This document shows, in pieces, positions 57,528-64,000 of a DNA stretch of 64,000 nt (within the stretch, counting starts at the first letter, position 1; each line of letters opens with the position of its first letter). Origin of the DNA: an uncultured Acidobacteriota bacterium (GTDB taxonomy: Bacteria; Acidobacteriota; Thermoanaerobaculia; Multivoradales; UBA5704); the NCBI GenBank assembly GCA_963700145.1, contig OY969474.1, forward strand, positions 320,001 to 384,000, written 5' to 3'. The position numbers and the translations under genes are program-made. The notes beneath the pieces were generated by a model that was given only the letters and a program-made list of their open reading frames with translations, ran no database searches and had not been told where the DNA came from.

Positions 57528-59459
57528 ATGGGTCGGCAGCTGTCGTACTTGGTCTCTTCTCTCATCGCCTTGCTGGCGCTCGTGGTCGCGCCGGCTCACG
57601 CCACCAGCTTCGTCATGGTCGCCGACGAGGCGCTCGCCGACCAGGCGGCGCTGGTCGTCGAGGCACGGCTCCTCGGCCGCGGCCCGGCGGCCGCCTCCGG
57701 CATGCCGGTCACCGACTACCTCTTCGCCGTCGAGCGCGTGGTCAAGGGACAGGCCGACGCGGCCGTCGTCACCGTGCGCGTGCCCGGCGGGATCCGCGCC
57801 GACGGCCGCGGGCTCATGATCTGGGGCGCTCCCGCCTTCGCCGACGGCGGGCGGGCGCTGCTCTTCCTGAGCGACGAACGGCAGGGCGCGCACCGGGTGC
57901 TCCACCTGACGCTCGGCGCTTTTCACCTCCGCGAGGTGGACGGCGAGACCGTGGCGCTGCGCGACCTGTCGCAGCTCCAGGAAGTGCGCCCGCGGCCCAA
58001 CGGGGCGGCGGTCGAGCCGGCCCGCGCCGACCGGCCGCGCGACCTCGCCCGCTTCGCCCGCTGGGTGGAGGACCGGGCGGCGGGCCAACGCCGGCCGGCG
58101 GACTACTTCGTCGACCTGCCGGCGGCGGCGCTCGAGCGCGCCGTGGAGCCGTTCACGCTCCTTCAGTGTCCCGGCTCGGTCCCGGCCTGCGCGGGGCTCA
58201 ACATGCGCTGGTTCGAGTTCGACACCGGCGGCGGCATCGCCTGGCGGGCGCACGTCAACGGCCTCGCCGGCATCGCGGGTGGGGGGTTCACGCAGTTCCA
58301 GACCGGGCTCAACGCCTGGAACGCGGACGCGGCGACGCCGATCAAGTACACCTACGGTGGCACGACGACGGCGACCACCGCCTTCAGCGACTTCGACGAC
58401 CTCAACGTCGTCACCTTCAGGGACTTCCAGGGCGACATCCTGGACGGCGACTTCGACTGCGAGGAGGGCGGCGTCGTCGCCCTCGGCGGCCCGTGGTTCG
58501 GGGAGAACGATCGGGGCACCTTCAAGGGCATCACCTACCTGCCGATCGCCGGCGCCGACATCGTCATCAACGACAACACGCAGTGCTTCTTCCAGGACAA
58601 CCCCAAGGTCGCCGAGGAGGTCCTCGCCCACGAGCTGGGCCACACCCTGGGCCTGGGCCACTCCTGCAACTCGACGTCCTCCTGCAACGCCAGCGCGACG
58701 CTCAACAACGCCCTGATGCGCTGGAACGTGCACGACGACGGCCGCGGCGCCGCGCTGCAGAATGACGACCGCGCCGGCATCGCCAAGCTCTACCAGCCCG
58801 CCGCCCCGGCGACGCCGGCGGCGCCGAGCAACCTGCAAGCGACCGCGGTCTCGCCTACACAGGTGAACCTCACCTGGCAGGACAACTCGAACAACGAGAC
58901 CAGCTTCCGCATCGAGATCCAGCCGCCGGCCGGGATCAGCATTCCCCCTTTCCAGGAGATCGCCTCGACCGGACCCAACGTCACGAGCTTCAGCGTCACC
59001 GGCCTCCAGCCGGCCACGGGCTACGCCTTCCGCGTGCGGGCGCGCAACGCCGCCGGCGACTCCCCTTACTCGAACATCGACAGCGCCGTGACCTTCTTCA
59101 CTCCGTTCGTCTGCATCGAGGGGCCGACGACGCTGTGCTTGAACGGCGGGCGCTTCCAGGTCGACTTGGGCTGGCTGACGGCGGAGGACGACGGCCTCGG
59201 CCAGGGGGTGGAGCTCACCGACGAGACCGGCTACTTCTATTTCTTCAGCCCGCAGAACGTGGAAGTGGTGGTCAAGGTGATCAATGCCTGCGTCCTGGGG
59301 ACGCCGCGCTTCTGGGTCTTCGCCGGCGGGCTGACGAACGTCAACACCCTCCTGCGCGTCGTCGACTCGCAGACCGGAGCGGTCAAGACCTACGAGAACC
59401 CGCTGGGGGCGCCGTTCCAGCCGATCCAGGACACCAGCGCCTTCGCGACCTGCCCGTGA
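57528..59459 (+). CDS. Secreted matrixin (M10-like) metalloprotease with FN3 domain and C-terminal 'AFATCP' domain
   Basis: Signal peptide, HELGHTLGLGHS with Met-turn (ALM), FN3 (LTWQDNS...YAFRVRA), then LCLNGGRF...SAFATCP. Confidence 0.88.
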   Translation: MGRQLSYLVSSLIALLALVVAPAHATSFVMVADEALADQAALVVEARLLGRGPAAASGMPVTDYLFAVERVVKGQADAAVVTVRVPGGIRADGRGLMIWGAPAFADGGRALLFLSDERQGAHRVLHLTLGAFHLREVDGETVALRDLSQLQEVRPRPNGAAVEPARADRPRDLARFARWVEDRAAGQRRPADYFVDLPAAALERAVEPFTLLQCPGSVPACAGLNMRWFEFDTGGGIAWRAHVNGLAGIAGGGFTQFQTGLNAWNADAATPIKYTYGGTTTATTAFSDFDDLNVVTFRDFQGDILDGDFDCEEGGVVALGGPWFGENDRGTFKGITYLPIAGADIVINDNTQCFFQDNPKVAEEVLAHELGHTLGLGHSCNSTSSCNASATLNNALMRWNVHDDGRGAALQNDDRAGIAKLYQPAAPATPAAPSNLQATAVSPTQVNLTWQDNSNNETSFRIEIQPPAGISIPPFQEIASTGPNVTSFSVTGLQPATGYAFRVRARNAAGDSPYSNIDSAVTFFTPFVCIEGPTTLCLNGGRFQVDLGWLTAEDDGLGQGVELTDETGYFYFFSPQNVEVVVKVINACVLGTPRFWVFAGGLTNVNTLLRVVDSQTGAVKTYENPLGAPFQPIQDTSAFATCP

Positions 59460-60835
59460 AGACGTCCGCCGCCCGCCCCCGCGTGGGGATGATCAGCCTC
59501 GGCTGCCCCAAGAACCTCGTCGACGGCGAGGTGATGCTGGGGGAGCTCGCGCGGCGCGGCTGGGAGGTGGTCGGCGACCTCGACCGCGCCGAGACGGTGA
59601 TCGTCAACACCTGCGGCTTCATCGAGGAGGCGCAGCAGGAGTCGATCGACGCCATCCTCGAGGTGGCGGGGCGGAAGGGCGAGGACGGGGTCAAGCGCCT
59701 GCTGGTCGCCGGCTGCATGGTCAACCGTTTCGGCCCCGAGCTGGCGCGCGAGGTGCCGGAGATCGACGGCTTCGTCGGCCTCGACCAGCTGCGCGAGGTG
59801 GCGCAGCTGGTGCAGCTCGGCGGCGGGCCGCCGTTGCCGGCGCCGGCGCACCTGGTCTTCGACCACACCGCGCCGCGCCTCTTGACCACCCGCGGCTACG
59901 CCTATCTCAAGGTCGCCGAGGGCTGCGACAACCCCTGTACTTTCTGCGCCATCCCGCTCTGGCGCGGCCGCTTCCGCAGCCGCACGGTCGCGGACCTGGC
60001 GGCGGAGGCGCGGGCGCTCGAAGCCCAGGGGGTGCGGGAGCTCTGCCTGATCGCCCAGGACACGACGCGCTACGGCGAGGACCTCGGGCTCGGCCGGCAC
60101 GGCCTCGTGCGCCTGGTCGAGGCGGTGCTCGCCTCGACCGACATCCCCTGGGTGCGCTTCCTCTACGCCTACCCGACGACGCTCGACGAGGACCTCCTCC
60201 GCCTGATGGGGACGGAGCCGCGCTGCCTCTCCTACCTCGACATCCCGCTCCAGCACGCCAGCGGCGAGGTGCTGCGGGCGATGCGCCGCGGCGGCGACGC
60301 CCGCCGTTACCTGCGGCTGCTCGAGCGGGCGCGGACGCTGGCGCCCGACGTCAGCCTGCGCACCACCTTCATCGTCGGCTTCCCGGGGGAGACCGAGGCG
60401 CACTTCCAGGAGCTCCTCGGCTTCGTGCGCGAGGCCCGCTTCGACCACCTCGGCGGCTTCGTCTACAGCCCCGAGGAGGGCACCCCCGGCGCCGCGCTGC
60501 CGGGGCGGGTGCCGCGCCATGTCGCCCGCCGCCGCCACCGCCAGCTCCTCGAGGTGCAGCGGCCGATCGCGCTCGCCAGCCGCCGGCGGTTGGTCGGGCG
60601 GCGGCTGGAGGTGCTGGTCGAGGGGGTCTGCGAGGAGAGCGAGCACCTCCTCCAGGGCCGCCACGCCGGCCAAGCGCCGGAGATCGACGGCCGGGTGCTG
60701 ATCGTGGACGGGACCGCGCCGGCCGGCAGCCTCGCCGAGGTGGAGATCACCGAGGCGCACGCCGACGACCTGGTCGGGCGTATCGTGGCGCCGGCCGGCG
60801 TGGCGGGCGTGGAGCGCGCCACCGCCGCCGTCTGA
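59456..60835 (+). CDS. rimO: Ribosomal protein S12 methylthiotransferase
   Basis: SLGCPKNLVD, NTCGFI, EGCDNPCTFC, YAYP, DIPLQH and QAPEIDG. Confidence 0.95.
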   Translation: MKTSAARPRVGMISLGCPKNLVDGEVMLGELARRGWEVVGDLDRAETVIVNTCGFIEEAQQESIDAILEVAGRKGEDGVKRLLVAGCMVNRFGPELAREVPEIDGFVGLDQLREVAQLVQLGGGPPLPAPAHLVFDHTAPRLLTTRGYAYLKVAEGCDNPCTFCAIPLWRGRFRSRTVADLAAEARALEAQGVRELCLIAQDTTRYGEDLGLGRHGLVRLVEAVLASTDIPWVRFLYAYPTTLDEDLLRLMGTEPRCLSYLDIPLQHASGEVLRAMRRGGDARRYLRLLERARTLAPDVSLRTTFIVGFPGETEAHFQELLGFVREARFDHLGGFVYSPEEGTPGAALPGRVPRHVARRRHRQLLEVQRPIALASRRRLVGRRLEVLVEGVCEESEHLLQGRHAGQAPEIDGRVLIVDGTAPAGSLAEVEITEAHADDLVGRIVAPAGVAGVERATAAV

Positions 60836-60839
60836 CCGC

Positions 60840-61808
60840 ATGCTCGTCGTCCACGACGCCTTCCAGGCCAGCGACCTGCCGCGCGGCGGCATCGTCACCA
60901 TCGGCAACTTCGACGGCGTCCACCGCGGCCAGCGCGCCATCCTCGACCTCGTCGTGGCGCGCGCCAAGGACGCCGGCGCGCCGCCGGTCGTCGTCACCTT
61001 CGAGCCCCATCCGCTGGCGGTGCTCGCCCCCGAGCGGGTGCCGCCGCGGCTCTCGACCCTGGAGCAGAAGGAGCGGCTCCTCGACGAGGCCGGGATCGAG
61101 ATGGTGCTCGTCGTCCGCTTCACCCGCGAGTTCTCGCGCCTGCCGGCGCGGCTCTTCGTGCGCGACTTCCTGGTCGAGAAGCTGGCGGTCGAGGAGATCT
61201 ACGTCGGCTCGGGCTTCGTCTTCGGCCACCGGCGCGAGGGGGACCTGCCGCTGCTGCGCCAGCTCGGCGAGGGCTTCGGCTTCGCCGCCTTCGGCGTGCC
61301 GGAGGTGCACTACAAGGGCGAGCGGATCTCCTCGACGCGCATCCGCCGCGCCGTCTCGGAGGGGAGCGTCGGCGAGGCCTGGGAGATGCTGGGGCGCCCG
61401 TACTCGCTCACCGGCCTGATCGCCCGCGGCGACCGCATGGGGCAAAAGCTGGGCTGGCCGACGATCAACCTGGCGCCGGACAACGAGCTGGTGCCGGCCG
61501 ACGGCGTCTACGTCTCGCGCGTCCACTTCCCGAGCTTCCCCGCCACCTTCGACTGCGTGACCAACATCGGCACCCGGCCGACGGTCTACGAGAACTACCA
61601 GCGGGTCGTCGAGAGCCACATCCTGGACTTCTCGACCGACGTCTACGGCGAGCGGGTGGAGCTGGCCTTCCACAAGCGGCTGCGCGAGGAGCGGATCTTC
61701 CCGTCGGTCATGGACCTCTCGGCGCAGATCCGGCGCGACGTCGAGGCCACCCGCGAGCACTTCGCCAGCCGCCGGCTGGAGCAGGACGTGCAAGCGCTGC
61801 GGGAGTAA
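60840..61808 (+). CDS. ribF: Bifunctional riboflavin kinase/FAD synthetase
   Basis: IGNFDGVHRGQ, TFEPHP, ISSTRIR, NIGTRPT and ESHILDF. Confidence 0.95.
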   Translation: MLVVHDAFQASDLPRGGIVTIGNFDGVHRGQRAILDLVVARAKDAGAPPVVVTFEPHPLAVLAPERVPPRLSTLEQKERLLDEAGIEMVLVVRFTREFSRLPARLFVRDFLVEKLAVEEIYVGSGFVFGHRREGDLPLLRQLGEGFGFAAFGVPEVHYKGERISSTRIRRAVSEGSVGEAWEMLGRPYSLTGLIARGDRMGQKLGWPTINLAPDNELVPADGVYVSRVHFPSFPATFDCVTNIGTRPTVYENYQRVVESHILDFSTDVYGERVELAFHKRLREERIFPSVMDLSAQIRRDVEATREHFASRRLEQDVQALRE

Positions 61809-61867
61809 GCGGGAAGGGTTCGTTGTTTGATGGATGGGCACACATGCAAGGGGGAGAAAGACAGACG

Positions 61868-62197
61868 ATGGCCAGCGACAAAGTCGTGACGATCACCGAC
61901 CAGAACTTCGAGAGCGACGTGCTCAAGTCCGAGCAGCCGGTCCTGGTGGACTTCTGGGCCGCCTGGTGCGGTCCCTGCCGGATGGTGGCGCCGGTGCTCG
62001 ACGAGCTGGCGGAGGAGATGGACGGCAAGGTGCGGATCGCCAAGGTGGACGTGGACCAGAACCAGAAGCTCGGCTACCAGTACCAGGTCTCCAGCATCCC
62101 CACCTTCATCCTGTTCAAGGGCGGGCAGATGGTGGACCGCATGATGGGCGCCATGCCCAAGTCGGCCTTCCAGAGCTTCATCGACCGGAACCTGTAA
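61868..62197 (+). CDS. trxA: Thioredoxin
   Basis: VDFWAAWCGPCR and SIPT. Confidence 0.96.
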   Translation: MASDKVVTITDQNFESDVLKSEQPVLVDFWAAWCGPCRMVAPVLDELAEEMDGKVRIAKVDVDQNQKLGYQYQVSSIPTFILFKGGQMVDRMMGAMPKSAFQSFIDRNL

Positions 62198-62203
62198 GCG
62201 CGC

Positions 62204-63433
62204 ATGGACGGCGGGGTGGGGGAGCTGCGGGACGGGCTCGCCCGCCTCGGCTGCGCCGCCCTGCTGGTCGTCGCCCGCTCGGCGCGCGACCCCGACCTCA
62301 CACCCTTCGTCGGCCCGGTCCATCTCGGGCAGAGCTTCCTGATCGCAACGCCGGACGGGCCTCCCCGTCTCGGCTTCTTCACGCCCATGGAGCGGGACGA
62401 GGCGGCGGCCACCGGCTTGCCGCTCCTCGAGCCGGGGGCGCTGGAGGTCCACCGCTTCCTCGACGCGGGGCTGCCGGCGGCGGCGTTCCTCGCCGAGGTA
62501 TTGGCGCGCGGGCTGACGCTCGCGGGGCTCGCGCCCGCGCGGCTGGCGCTGGCCGGCCACGGGCCGGCGGGGGTGCTCCAGGAGGCGTGCGCACGGCTGG
62601 CGGCGTGCGGCTGGTCGTTCAGCGATGGCAACGAGCTGGTCCGATGGCTGCGGAAGAGGAAACAAGACTGGGAGCTGGGTGAGGTGCGGCGGGTGGCGGC
62701 CGGGACGGTCGCGGCGTTCCAGGCCGTGGCGGCGCGGCTCGCGGCGGCCGAGGAGCGGAACGGCGAGCTGTGGCTCGGCGGGGAGCGGCTCACGGCAGGG
62801 CGGCTGCGCGGGGAGGCGGCGCGGGTGCTGGCCGGCTGGCCGGGGGGTGCGCTCGAGCAGCCGGAGGGGAACATCCTCGCGGCGGGGTGGGACGCCGGGG
62901 TGCCGCACTCGACGGGCGACGACGAGCGGGTACTGCGGCCGGGGGAGTCGGTGGTGGTCGACCTCTTCCCGCGCGGTCGCCTCTTCGCCGACTGCACGCG
63001 CACCTTCTGCGCCGGCGAGCCGCCGGCGGCGCTGCGCGCGGCGCACGCGGCGGTGCGCGCGACGCTCGAACGGGCGAAGGCCGCGGCGCGGCCGGGCGTC
63101 CGCGGCTGGGACCTCCAGGAGGCCGCCTGCCGGATCTTCGAGGCGGCGGGATGGCCGACGCCGCTCTCTTCACCCGAAACGACAGTGGGCTACGTCCACG
63201 GCCTCGGCCACGGCGTCGGCTACGAGCTGCACGAGCAGCCGAGCTTCCGCAAGGCCGCGGGCCCTGAAGGCGTGCTGGCGGAAGGGGACGTCTTCACGCT
63301 GGAGCCCGGGCTCTACGACCCGTCGGGCGGCTGGGGCGTGCGGCTCGAGGACCTCGTCGTGCTCGGCCCCGGCGGCGCGCTGGAGGTGCTAACGCCGCTG
63401 CCGTACGAGCTCGACCCGCGCGCCTGGAGCTAA
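62204..63433 (+). CDS. M24 Xaa-Pro peptidase family protein
   Basis: PH, VVDLFP, ADCTRT, HGLGHGVG..LHEQP, TLEPGLY and GVRLED. Confidence 0.9.
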   Translation: MDGGVGELRDGLARLGCAALLVVARSARDPDLTPFVGPVHLGQSFLIATPDGPPRLGFFTPMERDEAAATGLPLLEPGALEVHRFLDAGLPAAAFLAEVLARGLTLAGLAPARLALAGHGPAGVLQEACARLAACGWSFSDGNELVRWLRKRKQDWELGEVRRVAAGTVAAFQAVAARLAAAEERNGELWLGGERLTAGRLRGEAARVLAGWPGGALEQPEGNILAAGWDAGVPHSTGDDERVLRPGESVVVDLFPRGRLFADCTRTFCAGEPPAALRAAHAAVRATLERAKAAARPGVRGWDLQEAACRIFEAAGWPTPLSSPETTVGYVHGLGHGVGYELHEQPSFRKAAGPEGVLAEGDVFTLEPGLYDPSGGWGVRLEDLVVLGPGGALEVLTPLPYELDPRAWS

Positions 63434-63455
63434 GCGCCGCGGATATGCTCTCGCG

Positions 63456-64000
63456 GTGCCTGCGCCCACCCTGCGGCTGAACGTCTGGTCGGGACCGCGC
63501 AACGTCTCGACCGCGCTCATGTACTCCTTCGCCCAGCGGCCGGACACGCGGGTCGTGGACGAGCCGCTCTACGGCCACTACCTGCGCGTCTCCGGCGCCG
63601 CGCACCCGCACGCCGCGGAAGTCATGCGGCAGATGGACTGCGACGGCGAGCGAGTGGTGCGCGAGACGATCCTCGGCGACGGCTATGACCGGCCGGTCGT
63701 CTTCTTCAAGCAGATGGCCCACCACCTGGTGGCGCTCGACCGCGGCTTCCTCGCCGACACCGCCAACGTCCTCCTGACGCGCCACCCGCGCGACGTCCTG
63801 CCGACCCTCGCCGTCCAGCTCGCGCAGCCCACCCTGCGCGACACCGGCTACGCGGCGCAGGTGGAGCTGCTGGCGGAGCTGCGGGCGCTGGGGCAGCCGG
63901 GCCTGGTGCTCGATGCCGCCGAGCTGCTGCGCGATCCCGAGAGCGTGCTGCGGCAGCTCTGCGCGGGGCTCGGGCTCGACTGGGAGCCGGCGATGCTCGA
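63456..64000 (+). CDS. Sulfotransferase-like protein (BCAT-associated family), 3'-truncated by window edge
   Basis: Translated by eye: LRLNVWSGPRNVSTALMYSFAQRPDTRVVDEPLYGHYL...FFKQMAHH...LLTRHP. It is absent from the ORF track because no stop lies in the window. Confidence 0.85.
   Translation, partial: MPAPTLRLNVWSGPRNVSTALMYSFAQRPDTRVVDEPLYGHYLRVSGAAHPHAAEVMRQMDCDGERVVRETILGDGYDRPVVFFKQMAHHLVALDRGFLADTANVLLTRHPRDVLPTLAVQLAQPTLRDTGYAAQVELLAELRALGQPGLVLDAAELLRDPESVLRQLCAGLGLDWEPAML

Noticed and set aside
53662-57819. 1385-aa plus-strand ORF (also 46265-49954, 30315-33578, 23934-26924, 36156-38870, 45408-48221)
   Set aside because: Antisense or off-frame shadows of real genes. Stop codons are rare in high-GC DNA and these ORFs have low-complexity R/G/A/P content with no motifs.
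59456-60835. Radical SAM enzyme as a RiPP maturase for the small peptides
   Set aside because: It has clear RimO signatures, lies in a housekeeping operon with ribF, and is far from the peptides.

Overview
Very GC-rich bacterial DNA, gene-dense, with about 60 CDS and no rRNA, tRNA, CRISPR array, integrase or transposase that I can see. The gene families suggest Acidobacteriota, probably class Thermoanaerobaculia (inference). Housekeeping genes include HU, folA-thyA, rimO-ribF-trxA and an M24 peptidase. A metal-homeostasis cluster carries czcCBA-like RND efflux, a DUF1259 protein, a Zn/Mn uptake operon and a P1B ATPase. There are many secreted proteases and hydrolases, an ECF sigma factor with a Ser/Thr kinase, and a vapBC pair. 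An accessory region at about 8.8-20 kb holds the most unusual elements. (i) A small secreted peptide ending in GIGIDPYG lies between two cytoplasmic Zn-finger-TPR proteins, a candidate RRNPP-like peptide signalling module. (ii) A strong promoter with a palindromic operator is followed by 11 tandem 21-bp GATC repeats and a small coiled-coil gene. Elsewhere, two unrelated secreted proteins share a ~115-aa C-terminal domain ending AFATCP, a candidate sorting or anchoring domain. A cytoplasmic gluzincin and an MBL hydrolase form a coupled operon, a candidate conflict or defence system. Two putative metal-sensing leader peptides are each followed by an anti-SD sequence. REP-like palindromes and several internally deleted gene remnants are also present. 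All family names come from motif recognition by eye, not from database searches.
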